This document shows positions 1-10,075 of a DNA stretch of 64,000 nt, piece by piece. Location of the stretch: the NCBI GenBank assembly GCA_964646975.1, contig CAZYGJ010000013.1, forward strand, positions 2,466 to 66,465. Direction: 5' to 3'. The DNA comes from an uncultured Ruminococcus sp. (GTDB lineage: Bacteria > Bacillota > Clostridia > Oscillospirales > Acutalibacteraceae). Under the pieces are notes generated by a model that did not search any database, had not been told where the DNA came from, and was given only the letters and a program-made list of their open reading frames with translations. The first letter of the stretch is position 1, and every line of letters begins with the position of its first letter. Position numbers and translations under genes: made by a program.

Positions 1-138
1 CTAAAAAATATTGCTCTACTGAACAAGAACATTATACCATTATTTGTTTTTTGTGTCAACTAATTGTTGTGGGCTATGGATATTTTGTGAACAATGATTA
101 ATTTTGCTTTGTGTGATTGTAAGTTTTTAACAACAATC

Positions 139-1419
139 TTATTTTCCGATAATCTCCTTGCCGCCCATATAAGGTCTGAGAGCTTCGGGGATTCTCACAG
201 TTCCGTCGGCGTTGAGGTTGTTTTCGAGGAACGCAATCAACATTCTCGGCGGAGCAACAACGGTGTTGTTAAGGGTGTGTGCAAAATACTTGCCGTCCTT
301 GCCCGAAACTCTGATTTTGAGTCTGCGAGCCTGAGCGTCACCCAGATTTGAGCAAGAGCCAACCTCAAAATACTTTTTCTGACGAGGTGACCACGCCTCA
401 ACATCAAGCGAACGGGTTTTGAGGTCTGCCAAGTCGCCCGAACAGCACTCAAGCGTTCTGACGGGAATGTCGAGTGAGCGGAACAGGTCAACTGTGTTTT
501 TCCAGAGCTTTTCAAACCACATTTTGCTTTCTTCGGGCTTGCAAACAACAATCATTTCCTGCTTTTCAAACTGGTGGATTCTGTAAACGCCACGCTCCTC
601 AATGCCGTGGGCACCCTTTTCCTTGCGGAAGCACGGCGAATAGCTTGTGAGGGTGTAGGGCAGGCTTTCTTCCTTGTTGATTGTGTCGATAAACTTGCCA
701 ATCATCGAATGTTCGCTTGTGCCGATAAGGTAAAGGTCCTCGCCCTCGATTTTGTACATCATCGAATCCATTTCGGCAAAGCTCATAACGCCTGTTACAA
801 CGTTGCTTCTTATCATAAACGGCGGAACGCAGTAGGTAAAGCCTCGGTCAATCATAAAATCACGGGCATATGAAATCACAGCACTGTGCAGTCTTGCGAT
901 GTCGCCCATAAGATAGTAAAATCCGTTGCCTGCCACCTTGCGAGCGGAATCAAGGTCGATTCCGTTGAGCTTTTCCATAATCTCCGTGTGATACGGAATC
1001 TCAAAATCAGGCACAATCGGCTCGCCAAAGCGTTCAAGCTCAACGTTTTTGCTGTCGTTTTCGCCCAAAGGAACGCACGGGTCGATAATCTGGGGAATCT
1101 GCATCATTACCTGAGTCAATTCTTCGCTCATCTCGGCTTCTTTTGCTTCAAGGTCTGCAAGCTCGTTTGCCTGCTTTACAACCTCTGCTTTCAGCTCCAT
1201 TGCCTCGTCCTTTTTACCCTGAGCCATCAACGCACCGATTTGCTTTGAGAGCTTGTTGCGGTTTGAACGCAGCTCGTCAGCCTGCTGTTTTACGGCACGA
1301 CCCTTTATGTCAAGCTCCATAGCTCTGTCAACAAGCGGCAGCTTGCTGTCTTGGTACTTTTTCTTGATGTTTTCCTTTACTGCAACGGGATGCTCCCTCA
1401 AAAATTTTATGTCAATCAT
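139..1419 (-). CDS. serS: Seryl-tRNA synthetase
   Basis: 426 aa ORF; N-terminal coiled coil, class II motifs (FRKEKGAHG..RGVYRIHQFEKQE, EVGSCSN, HTLNNT). Confidence 0.97.
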   Translation of the reverse strand: MIDIKFLREHPVAVKENIKKKYQDSKLPLVDRAMELDIKGRAVKQQADELRSNRNKLSKQIGALMAQGKKDEAMELKAEVVKQANELADLEAKEAEMSEELTQVMMQIPQIIDPCVPLGENDSKNVELERFGEPIVPDFEIPYHTEIMEKLNGIDLDSARKVAGNGFYYLMGDIARLHSAVISYARDFMIDRGFTYCVPPFMIRSNVVTGVMSFAEMDSMMYKIEGEDLYLIGTSEHSMIGKFIDTINKEESLPYTLTSYSPCFRKEKGAHGIEERGVYRIHQFEKQEMIVVCKPEESKMWFEKLWKNTVDLFRSLDIPVRTLECCSGDLADLKTRSLDVEAWSPRQKKYFEVGSCSNLGDAQARRLKIRVSGKDGKYFAHTLNNTVVAPPRMLIAFLENNLNADGTVRIPEALRPYMGGKEIIGK

Positions 1420-1438
1420 TGTTTTCTCCTCTTTTCTT

Positions 1439-2290
1439 TTATTTGAGCTTGTTTGAAAGCTCGGTCAATTCCTCGTCGGAATAAAATTCAATCTGTAAAA
1501 CGCCGCCCTTTTTGCCCTTGCTTTTGGTTATGCTAATCTTTCTGCCAAGGCTTTCGTTGAGGGCAAGCTCAACCATACTGTAAAACGACGGCTTTTTCTC
1601 AGGCTTTTCTTCAACAGGCTGTTTCGGCTTTGCCTTGCACAGCTTTTCTGTTTGGCGAACGGACAAATCCTTTTGAACAATCAGCTCTGCAAGCTCCAGC
1701 ATAGCTTTTTCGCTTTCAAGCGAAAGCAACGCTCTTGCGTGACCTGCCGAGATTTTGCCGTCCTTCAGATATTCGGCTACGCTGTCGGGCAGATTTAAAA
1801 GTCTGAGTGCGTTTGCAACGGCAGGACGTGATTTGCCCACAGATTGTGCAACCTCGTCTTGAGTAAAGCCGTGTTCGTTCATCAGCACGTTATAGCCCAA
1901 CGCTTCTTCAAGCGGAGTTAAATCCTCACGCTGGAGGTTTTCGATGAGAGCAAGCTCCATTGTTTCGGTGTCGCCCAGCTCCTTGATGATTACGGGGACT
2001 TCCTTAAGCCCTGCCATTCTGCAAGCTCTGTATCGTCTTTCGCCTGCCACGATTTGGTAGCCGCCGAGTGTGAGCGGACGCACCAAAAGCGGCTGCAAAA
2101 GTCCGTGCTTTGAAATGCTTTCGGCAAGCTCCGAAAGTGCCTTTTCGTCAAATTCTTTTCTCGGCTGACCTCGGTTTGGCTCAATTTCGGCAATGTCAAG
2201 TGTGACCGTGCCGTTGCTTTCTTCGTTTTCGTTTTCGATAAAAATAGCACCCAAGCCTTTGCCCAGACCGCCTAATTTTTTCGCCATCAA
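1439..2290 (-). CDS. parB: ParB/Spo0J chromosome partitioning protein
   Basis: GLGKGLGA N-terminus, QPRK, GLLQPLLVR, AGERRYRA, ENLQREDL motifs; directly downstream of parA. Confidence 0.95.
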   Translation of the reverse strand: MMAKKLGGLGKGLGAIFIENENEESNGTVTLDIAEIEPNRGQPRKEFDEKALSELAESISKHGLLQPLLVRPLTLGGYQIVAGERRYRACRMAGLKEVPVIIKELGDTETMELALIENLQREDLTPLEEALGYNVLMNEHGFTQDEVAQSVGKSRPAVANALRLLNLPDSVAEYLKDGKISAGHARALLSLESEKAMLELAELIVQKDLSVRQTEKLCKAKPKQPVEEKPEKKPSFYSMVELALNESLGRKISITKSKGKKGGVLQIEFYSDEELTELSNKLK

Positions 2291-3054
2291 TGTCGCTCCT
2301 TTGCAATGATTTCGCCCGCAAGCCGTGAATATGCCTCGCTGCCCTTGCAGGATTTGTCGTAATAGATAACCGGCATTCCAAAGCTCGGTGCTTCGGAAAG
2401 TCTGACGCCTCGTGTAATCACCGTGCCGAACACCTTGCCCGGAAAGAACTTTTTGACCTCCTCAACCACCTGCTGAGTAAGGTTGAGCCTGCCGTCGTAC
2501 ATCGTCAGCAACACGCCCTCCAGCTCGATTGAGCGGTTGTATCTGCGTTTGATTATTCTGACAGTACTCATAAGCTGGCTGAGTCCCTCAAGTGCGTAAT
2601 ATTCGCATTGAATCGGCACAATAAACGTGTCGGCAAGCGTGAGTGCGTTGGTTGTGATAAGCCCAAGCGACGGCGGACAGTCGATGATTATGTAGTCGTA
2701 ATACTGCTTTATCGGCAGGATTGCATCCTTTAAAAGAGCCTCTCTGTGAGGTCTTTCGGCTATCTCAAGCTCTGCCGCAGCAAGCTCTATGCCCGACGGC
2801 AAAACGTGCAGATTTTGATAAGGTGTGGTCAGCACGCATTGCTCGGCTTTTATCCCCTCAACAATGATGTTGTAGGTTGAATTTTGGATTTTGCTTTTGT
2901 CAATCGCAACTCCGCTTGTGGCATTGCCCTGCGGGTCGGCGTCGATAAGCAGAGTTTTTTTGCCTGCCGCACCAAGACAAGCGGCAAGATTTACAGCGGT
3001 AGTGGTTTTGCCTACTCCGCCCTTTTGGTTTGAAATAGCTATTACCTTTGCCAA
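2287..3054 (-). CDS. parA: ParA/Soj ATPase
   Basis: Deviant Walker A NQKGGVGKTTT, DADPQGNAT, IDCPPSLG, SEAPSFG. Confidence 0.96.
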   Translation of the reverse strand: MAKVIAISNQKGGVGKTTTAVNLAACLGAAGKKTLLIDADPQGNATSGVAIDKSKIQNSTYNIIVEGIKAEQCVLTTPYQNLHVLPSGIELAAAELEIAERPHREALLKDAILPIKQYYDYIIIDCPPSLGLITTNALTLADTFIVPIQCEYYALEGLSQLMSTVRIIKRRYNRSIELEGVLLTMYDGRLNLTQQVVEEVKKFFPGKVFGTVITRGVRLSEAPSFGMPVIYYDKSCKGSEAYSRLAGEIIAKERH

Positions 3055-3172
3055 AAAATCACCCTTCTACGTGTTTTCAACCCTATTTTTTAATAATTTC
3101 GTTACTTTTAAAAGTATAACACATTTGCAGAGGTTTTTAAAGGGTATAACGCAATTTTTATTATTTGTAATA

Positions 3173-3188
3173 TGTTTCACGTGAAACA
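3173..3188. promoter_or_regulatory. parS centromere site
   Basis: Perfect 16 bp palindrome TGTTTCACGTGAAACA matching the Firmicute parS consensus, just upstream of parA. Confidence 0.92.
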
Positions 3189-3263
3189 TTTTGCGTGAAA
3201 CTGTGTGGCGGTCAGTTTTGTTAGGTTCATAGATGTGGAAGGGTTGCAGATAAATTATGAAGC

Positions 3264-3880
3264 TGCTGCGACGGCAATCCCTCAGTCAGCTTCGCTGACA
3301 GCTCCCTTTGCACAAGAGAGCCTTGAAAGGTAGCACATTTTAATAACAATGATAGCTGTGAAAAAGTTTTCAGTTATTCTATTGTAGGAAATGTTATATT
3401 TAAATAATACGCTACTGCGACAGACAATCCCTCAGTCATTTTGCAGGCAAAATGACAGCTCCCTTTGCACAAGGGAGCCGTGAAAAGTTGCATATTTCGG
3501 ATAAATTGATAGATATGGAAAAGTTTTCTGATAGCTGAAAGTATAGTTTTTTTGCTCAACATTTCCGCAAAATCAAAGCCTCCCTTGTGTAAAGGGAGGT
3601 GGCAAAAATCGAAGATTTTTGACGGAGGGATTGAAAGCGTTTATGTTAGATGAACGTTAAAATTTAAAACCAAAGCTTCCACACGCACCAAGCCCTCACT
3701 TGAGGGAGGTGGCACGACGAAAGTCGTGACGGAAGGGTGAGCAAAGGAAATGGAGTTAATCAGTTACCCAAAATCATCATTGAGGGAATAAAGCTTCATA
3801 ATCACGGAAGCAATGCAGTGTGCGGACGGGTGTAATTTTTTAAAAATATATCAAACTCAACTGCGGTGAAATGCACTAAA
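3264..3880. repeat. Mosaic REP-like array 1
   Basis: Double-hairpin repeats at 3275-3322 and 3425-3479 (+), 3578-3633 and 3692-3741 (-), ~80 bp module near 3812-3877, linkers shared with the other arrays. Confidence 0.9.
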
Positions 3881-3995
3881 AGCAAAGAACCGTACAGGGG
3901 TCTGTACGGTTCTTCGCAAGGGGTTAGATAAGGAAATGGGTATGAGTGGAACGGATGCTTTCGCATCCAAGTGGAAAGTTAGTTAAACCGCCGAT

Positions 3996-4829
3996 TCAGG
4001 CGGATTTGTCGCTGTTTGACACACGCTTTTTCGGAATCCTGATTGTGTATTCAATAAAATTTTCGTTGTCTGTTTTGTTTGATTGAGCGTTAATTCCCGA
4101 AAGCCTCATCGTGTCAATAGCTTTGTTGATTGTGTTTAAAAAAATTCTTACGTCTTTTATCACCGCTTTACTGCTGCCCTGTTTTTTGTCGATTTTGGGG
4201 CTTTGTGTTGTTGTTGCACAGATTAGGCTCTCGGCTTGCCCAACGTTGAGGTTGTCGGAGATTATCCTTGACAATACTTCTCGCCGCAAATGCTCGTCCT
4301 CGATTTTCAGCAACGCTCGTGCGTGCCGTTCGGTGAGGTTGGAGCTTTCGATAAGCTCCTGTTCCTCGTATGTAAGCCTCAAAAGTCGCAGTTTGTTGGC
4401 TATGGTGGATTGCGATTTTCCGAGCTTGCGTGCTGTTTGCTCCTGAGTCAGACCATAACGGCGAATCAGCTTTGAAATTCCTCTTGCTTCCTCAAAAAAT
4501 CCGAGGTCGCAACGCTGGAGATTTTCAAGCAGAGCATAAACCGCCGATTCCTTGTCTGTGCATTTGATTATGATACAGGGAACTTTTTTCAGCCCTGCCG
4601 CAACCGCCGCCCTGAGCCGACGCTCGCCTGCAATCAGCTCGAACTCGGTTGCAGTTGCTTTTCGCACGGTTAGCGGCTGCAAAATTCCGTTTTCGGCTAT
4701 TGACTGTGAGAGCCTTGCAAGCTGTTCGGCATCAAATTGCTTGCGTGGTTGGGCTTTGTTCGGTCGAATTTTAATTATCGGTATTTCAGAGATTATGTTT
4801 TCGTTTTTAACTAAAAAATTCAACCGCAT
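3996..4829 (-). CDS. noc: ParB-family protein, Noc-like
   Basis: QPRKQF, GILQPLTVR, AGERRLRA, ENLQRCDL; canonical position between rsmG and parA. Confidence 0.75.
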   Translation of the reverse strand: MRLNFLVKNENIISEIPIIKIRPNKAQPRKQFDAEQLARLSQSIAENGILQPLTVRKATATEFELIAGERRLRAAVAAGLKKVPCIIIKCTDKESAVYALLENLQRCDLGFFEEARGISKLIRRYGLTQEQTARKLGKSQSTIANKLRLLRLTYEEQELIESSNLTERHARALLKIEDEHLRREVLSRIISDNLNVGQAESLICATTTQSPKIDKKQGSSKAVIKDVRIFLNTINKAIDTMRLSGINAQSNKTDNENFIEYTIRIPKKRVSNSDKSA

Positions 4830-4986
4830 TCACCCCGTATCGTTTAGCTCAGGGGTTGTCCCTGTGCTATTATAATACCACGGAGCGAGTGCGGTCTTTG
4901 TCAAATCGTGTGCAATTTTTATATATAGTTTTGGTATTAATTGGTAATTTCCCGATTTTTTTGTCGAAGCCTGTCTGTGAGCCTGA

Positions 4987-5700
4987 TTATAATGGGGCAG
5001 ATTTAATTTTTGCGGAGTTGCGTGGATATTTTTCGGGAGTGGGCTGAACCTTTTCTATTTGAATAACAGCACGTTCGCCGCCGTCAAGCGGAAGCAAAAA
5101 CTTCTGCACGTTCAAAAGCTTTCCGCCCAATGCCTGCACAGCACGCTTTGCACCGTCAAGCTCCAAATCCGCATCCTTGCCCTTGTAGGCTATGAAGCTA
5201 CCGCCCAAGCGAACATACGGCAAGCAGTATTCGCAAAGCACGTTTAGCCTTGCCACCGCACGAGAAACAGCAAAATCATAGGTTTCTCGCAAATCAATGC
5301 TTTGACCGCCGTCTTCGGCACGGCTGTGGATAAGCTCGGCGTCAAGCCCAAGCTCGTCAAGCACCGTCTGCAAAAACACAAGCCGTTTGTTTAGGCTGTC
5401 AAGCAGGGTAAGCCTTAGGTCGGGACGGGCGATTTTCAGCACTATACCGGGGAATCCCGCACCTGTGCCAACGTCAATAATTCGGCTGTTTTGGGGAATA
5501 TCAACGCAATCAAGCCCCGAAAGGCTGTCTGCAAAATGCTTGACGGCAACTTCTTTCGGCTCGGTAATGGCGGTGAGGTTGATTTTTTCGTTCCAGCTTA
5601 CAAGGAGCTTGTAATACGCCTCAAGCTGAGCAAGCTGAGTGTCATTAAAGCTTGTGTTAAAGTCGGCACAAGCCTCCAAAATATAGCTTTTAATCTCCAT
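4987..5700 (-). CDS. rsmG: 16S rRNA m7G527 methyltransferase
   Basis: NLTAIT, HFADSL, DVGTGAGFPG, SRAVA motifs; follows mnmG. Confidence 0.96.
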   Translation of the reverse strand: MEIKSYILEACADFNTSFNDTQLAQLEAYYKLLVSWNEKINLTAITEPKEVAVKHFADSLSGLDCVDIPQNSRIIDVGTGAGFPGIVLKIARPDLRLTLLDSLNKRLVFLQTVLDELGLDAELIHSRAEDGGQSIDLRETYDFAVSRAVARLNVLCEYCLPYVRLGGSFIAYKGKDADLELDGAKRAVQALGGKLLNVQKFLLPLDGGERAVIQIEKVQPTPEKYPRNSAKIKSAPL

Positions 5701-7573
5701 TTTGACCTCTGTTTTGTCCGCTCAGCCAGATGAGCAACACCGAAATATCGGCAGGCGAAACGCCTGAAATTCGTGACGCTTGCCCGATGTTGAGCGGTTT
5801 GATTTTGTTGAGCTTTTCCTGAGCTTCAAGCCGCAAGCCCTTGATGCCTTTGTAGTCAAAATCCTTGGGCAACAGCTTTTTTTCGAGCTTTTTCATCTGC
5901 TCAACCTGCTTTAACTGCTTTTGAATGTAGCCCTCATACTTGATTTCGATTTCGACCTGCTCAAAAATGTTGAGGTCGAGCGAGGGTCGTGTTACGTCAA
6001 CCTCTGCAAGTGAGGCATAGTCAAGCTGGGGTCGCTTCATCAGGTCAATCAACCGCACACCCGTGGTGATTTCGGATGTTTCACGTGAAACAAGTATCCG
6101 GTTCACCTGCTCGGTGGGCGAAATCACCGTTGTTTTCAGGCGGTTAATCTCCTGCTTTTTAAGCTCTTGCTTTTGCAAAAATCTCTTATAGCGTTCGTCG
6201 CTTATAAGTCCGATTTCATAACCGAGAGGCGTCAGCCTTTCGTCGGCGTTGTCTTGCCTCAGCACAAGCCTGTATTCGCTTCGTGACGTCATCATTCTGT
6301 ACGGCTCGTTTGCACCCTTTGTTACAAGGTCGTCAATCAGCGTGCCGATGTATGAGTTTGCACGGGTGAACACAACCTGCTCCTTGCCCAAGATTTTCAG
6401 TGCGGCGTTAATTCCAGCAACAAGCCCTTGGGCGGCGGCTTCTTCGTAGCCGGAGCTTCCGTTGAACTGACCTGCACCGTATAAGCCCTCAAAATCCTTA
6501 AATTCAAGGGTCGGGTTCATTGCAAGCGGGTCAACGCAGTCATATTCAATCGCATAGGCAGGTCGCATAATCACGCAGTTTTCCAAGCCCTTGATAGTGC
6601 GGTAAAATTTTAGCTGCACTTCCTCAGGCAAAGAGGAGCTCATTCCCTGCATATACATTTCCTCTGTGTTAAGTCCGCACGGCTCGATAAAGAGCTGGTG
6701 ACGTGGCTTGTCCTTAAACCGCATAACCTTGTCCTCAAAGCTGGGGCAATAACGAGGGCCAACTCCCTCGATTTTGCCTGCGTACAGCGGTGAGCGGTGA
6801 ATGTTGTCAAGGATAATCTGCTTGGTTTCGTCATTTGTCCAGCTTATGTGGCAAACCGCCTTGTTTTCACCGAGGGACTCGGTTTCATAAGAAAACGGCT
6901 GAGGCGGCTCGTCGCCACGCTGTTCTTCAAGGTCGGTAAAGTCAATTGAGCTTCTCAAAACCCTTGCAGGCGTTCCTGTTTTAAAGCGTCTGAGCGGAAG
7001 TCCGAGGTCTTTGAGGCTTTTGCCGAGTGCCGTTGCAGGGAAAATTCCGTCAGGACCGCTTTCGTAGGACACTTCGCCCACAAAAATCCTGCCTCCGAGG
7101 TATGTACCCGTGGCAATAATGACGGCTGAGCAATGGTATTGAGCAAGCATACGGGTTGCAAGCTCATAGCCGCCGTCAATTTTGCGAATGTCGGTGATTT
7201 CAGCCTGATGAAGCTCAAGATTTTCCTGCAATTCGAGCTTGTGCTTCATCGTGTCGGAGTATTTTCGCCTGTCAATTTGGGCCCGCAACGAATGAACGGC
7301 AGGGCCTTTGCCGCGGTTGAGCATACGGGATTGCAAAAAACACTCGTCGGCGGTTTTTCCCATTTCACCGCCGAGAGCGTCAATTTCTCGCACAAGATGC
7401 CCCTTGGCTGTTCCTCCGATTGACGGATTGCAGGGGCAGTTACCCACGGCGTCCATATTGATTGTAAAAATAACTGTTTTGCAGCCGAGCCTTGCACTTG
7501 CCAACGCTGCTTCAATTCCTGCGTGGCCTGCACCGATTACGGCAACATCAAATTTTCCGGCAAAATATTCCAT
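5690..7573 (-). CDS. mnmG: tRNA uridine-5-carboxymethylaminomethyl modification enzyme
   Basis: GAGHAG FAD motif, CNPSIGGTAKG, GPRYCPS, GQFNGSSGYEEAAAQG. Confidence 0.97.
   Translation of the reverse strand: MEYFAGKFDVAVIGAGHAGIEAALASARLGCKTVIFTINMDAVGNCPCNPSIGGTAKGHLVREIDALGGEMGKTADECFLQSRMLNRGKGPAVHSLRAQIDRRKYSDTMKHKLELQENLELHQAEITDIRKIDGGYELATRMLAQYHCSAVIIATGTYLGGRIFVGEVSYESGPDGIFPATALGKSLKDLGLPLRRFKTGTPARVLRSSIDFTDLEEQRGDEPPQPFSYETESLGENKAVCHISWTNDETKQIILDNIHRSPLYAGKIEGVGPRYCPSFEDKVMRFKDKPRHQLFIEPCGLNTEEMYMQGMSSSLPEEVQLKFYRTIKGLENCVIMRPAYAIEYDCVDPLAMNPTLEFKDFEGLYGAGQFNGSSGYEEAAAQGLVAGINAALKILGKEQVVFTRANSYIGTLIDDLVTKGANEPYRMMTSRSEYRLVLRQDNADERLTPLGYEIGLISDERYKRFLQKQELKKQEINRLKTTVISPTEQVNRILVSRETSEITTGVRLIDLMKRPQLDYASLAEVDVTRPSLDLNIFEQVEIEIKYEGYIQKQLKQVEQMKKLEKKLLPKDFDYKGIKGLRLEAQEKLNKIKPLNIGQASRISGVSPADISVLLIWLSGQNRGQNGD
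6077..6092. promoter_or_regulatory. parS site inside mnmG
   Basis: Second perfect TGTTTCACGTGAAACA; overlaps the VSRET codons of mnmG. Confidence 0.85.
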
Positions 7574-7648
7574 TTGTTATCTCCGATTGTTTGTATTTTT
7601 ATTGTTGGTGATTTGTAATTAGGTGTGGCTTTATGATGATAATTGGTT

Positions 7649-7790
7649 GTAGGGAACTGTCTTGACCGTTACGTACACCGCGTTTTATTCAAGCATTTTT
7701 GCCGCCTCTCTCATCATATGGAGGCTTGGTGCGTGCGGAAGCTTTGGTTTTAAATTTTAACGCTCATATAACATAAACGCTTTCTCTCCG
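7649..7790. repeat. Degenerate repeat remnant between mnmE and mnmG
   Basis: ttcaagcatttttgccgcctc, ggcttggtgcgtgcggaagctttggttttaaattttaacg and ataacataaacgctttc match array modules with many mismatches; GTAG-led imperfect palindrome at 7649-7672. Confidence 0.65.
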
Positions 7791-7800
7791 TCCTGCAAAG

Positions 7801-9183
7801 CTATTTGCCGACGCAGAAGTTATGGAAAACACGGTCAATGATTTCGTCGCTCGTTTTCTCGCCCGTCAGCTCCAGCAGCTCTGAAACTGCGTCCTCAAGC
7901 GACACGGTAACAGCATCATAAGTCAGCCCTGCGGCAAGCCCGCTTTCAGCCTCGTTTACAGATTTCAAAGCGTTAAAAACAGCCGTTCTCTGCCTTTCGT
8001 TTGAGAGAATTCCCTCGCTCGGATTCAGGCTTTGAGTTCCTGCAATTTTCTCAACAGCGGCGGCAATATCTTCTCTGCCGTCACCGTTTGCGGCAGAAAC
8101 AAACACAATATGCTCCACCTTTTCTTTAATCGCTTCAATGTCGAGCTGTTGCGGCAAATCGGTTTTGTTGATAATCGCAACGGTCGGGATTTCGGCGGCA
8201 GAGCTGAGCAGGTCAAGGTCGTTTTCGTCAAGCTCACGGCTGTTGTCAAACACCGCAAGCAAAAGCCCGCATTGTTCAAGTCGCTTTTTGGCACGGTCAA
8301 CACCGATTTTTTCAACGGTGTCGTCGGTTGCGTGAAGCCCTGCGGTGTCGCTGAGCCTGAGCAAAACATCGCCAACAAGCACCGTGTCCTCAACAATATC
8401 ACGAGTTGTACCCGGTATGTCGGTGACAATGCTCTTGTCGCAGCCTGCAAGCAAATTCATCAGCGTGCTTTTTCCAACGTTCGGTCTGCCCGCAATCACG
8501 GTGTCAATTCCCTGCTTAACAGCCTGTCCGCTGTCGTAGGTGTCAAGAAGCTTTTGCAAGGTGGATTTTGCCGCCTTGCAGGTGTCAAAAATCATATCGT
8601 CCGTAACCTCGGCAATATCCTCCTCAGGATAATCAGCCCAAGCCGAAAGGTGAGAGGCAAGGGTGAGCAGGTCATTTTTTACGCCATCGATTTTCTGCCT
8701 CAGCACTCCGTCCTTAACAAAAAGTGCGGCTCGTGCGGCACTTTTGCTTTTGGCTGTGATAATGTCAATAACCGCCTCTGCCTCGGTCAAATCAATTTTT
8801 CCGTTGAGAAACGCACGCTTTGTAAACTCGCCTGCCTGAGCAGGAGAAGCTCCTGCATCAAGCACGGCACGAAGCACCTGCTTTGTAATGTAAACACCGC
8901 CGTGGCACGAAAGCTCAACAACGTCCTCGCCCGTGTAGCTGTGCGGAGCTTTAAACACAAGGGCAACAGCTTCGTCAACCTCCTCGTTGCTTTGGTTGAC
9001 AATCTTGCCGAAAGCCGCTGTGTAGCCCTTCATTGAGCAAAGCCTTTTGCCGTTCACACCCTTGAAAACACGGTCGGCAACAGCCACGGCGTCATCGCCC
9101 GAAATGCGAATAACGCCGATTCCGCCCTCGCCCTGGGCTGTGCTGACGGCGGCAACGGTTTGGTTTTGATTTAAAGGATTCAT
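7801..9183 (-). CDS. mnmE: tRNA modification GTPase
   Basis: GGIGVIRISG, GRPNVGKS, GTTRD, DTAG, NKTD, FCVGK C-terminus. Confidence 0.97.
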   Translation of the reverse strand: MNPLNQNQTVAAVSTAQGEGGIGVIRISGDDAVAVADRVFKGVNGKRLCSMKGYTAAFGKIVNQSNEEVDEAVALVFKAPHSYTGEDVVELSCHGGVYITKQVLRAVLDAGASPAQAGEFTKRAFLNGKIDLTEAEAVIDIITAKSKSAARAALFVKDGVLRQKIDGVKNDLLTLASHLSAWADYPEEDIAEVTDDMIFDTCKAAKSTLQKLLDTYDSGQAVKQGIDTVIAGRPNVGKSTLMNLLAGCDKSIVTDIPGTTRDIVEDTVLVGDVLLRLSDTAGLHATDDTVEKIGVDRAKKRLEQCGLLLAVFDNSRELDENDLDLLSSAAEIPTVAIINKTDLPQQLDIEAIKEKVEHIVFVSAANGDGREDIAAAVEKIAGTQSLNPSEGILSNERQRTAVFNALKSVNEAESGLAAGLTYDAVTVSLEDAVSELLELTGEKTSDEIIDRVFHNFCVGK

Positions 9184-9224
9184 ACAATCACCAAAAAATA
9201 AAAGGGCGGAAAACCGCCCTGTTT

Positions 9225-10010
9225 TTATTTGTCTATTCTACCGTAAAGTCCGTTTGCTCCGCCTTCGTTAAGCGGCTTTCTGTCAGGATTAACGGGAGCA
9301 GGACTTGAATTGCGGTTTCCGCCGTAGGGACGTCTGCCGCCTCTGCCTCTGTTGTAATTATCTCTGCGATAATTCTTAGCCTTGGGGTCAACACCGATAA
9401 CAACGTGGCGGTTTGCGTTTTCGCCCTCGCTCCACGAGGTTGCACCGTTCACCTTTTGAACAGCGGTGTGAATAATTCTTCTCTCATAAGGATTCATAGG
9501 CTCAAGGCTTGACTTTTTGCCTGTTTTAACAGCCTTAAACGCAAGCTTTCTGCCCAAAATCTCAAGAGTTTTTTCACGCTTTTCTCTGTAATTGCCCGTA
9601 TCAATGGTAACCTTTAAATATTCATCCTTGCCACGGTTGGCAACAAGGCTTGTAAGGTACTGCAACGAGTCAAGAGTTTCGCCTCGTCTGCCGATAACGC
9701 TTCCGACTTCTTCGCCCGAAAGGTCAAACTTAATGCCGTTGTCGTCCTCGGTTTTTTCGATAGCAATTCCCGAAAGTCCCATTTTGTCAAGAACATTTCT
9801 CAAAAATTCGCCCGCCTTGTCCTCGGGAGTATCGGGCAAGGTCACCTTTACCTTTGCGGGAGCACCGCCGAAAAGCCCGAATTTCTTTTTCTCTGCACGT
9901 TGGATAAGTTCAAATTCAACTTCTGCCGTTTCGTCAAGACCAAGCTGTTTTTTGGCATCGTTAAGTGCCTCAAGCTCGGTATCACCAACGCCGATTGCTT
10001 CACGTATCAC
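9225..10010 (-). CDS. jag: Jag/KhpB (EloR) RNA-binding protein
   Basis: KH (IGRRGETLDSLQ) and R3H (ERRIIH) domains; probable GTG start at 10010 with AAGGAG SD. Confidence 0.92.
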   Translation of the reverse strand: MIREAIGVGDTELEALNDAKKQLGLDETAEVEFELIQRAEKKKFGLFGGAPAKVKVTLPDTPEDKAGEFLRNVLDKMGLSGIAIEKTEDDNGIKFDLSGEEVGSVIGRRGETLDSLQYLTSLVANRGKDEYLKVTIDTGNYREKREKTLEILGRKLAFKAVKTGKKSSLEPMNPYERRIIHTAVQKVNGATSWSEGENANRHVVIGVDPKAKNYRRDNYNRGRGGRRPYGGNRNSSPAPVNPDRKPLNEGGANGLYGRIDK

Positions 10011-10075
10011 GTTAATTCTCCTTCTTAATATATATATTCCTTGCAAGAGCCGAAGCTCACTGAAAGTCCGATTGA

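Noticed and set aside
8032-9036. Long antisense ORFs (e.g. 8032-9036, 22807-23694, 35617-36651, 62358-62999)
   Set aside because: They are shadows on the opposite strand of well-supported core genes and have no motifs.
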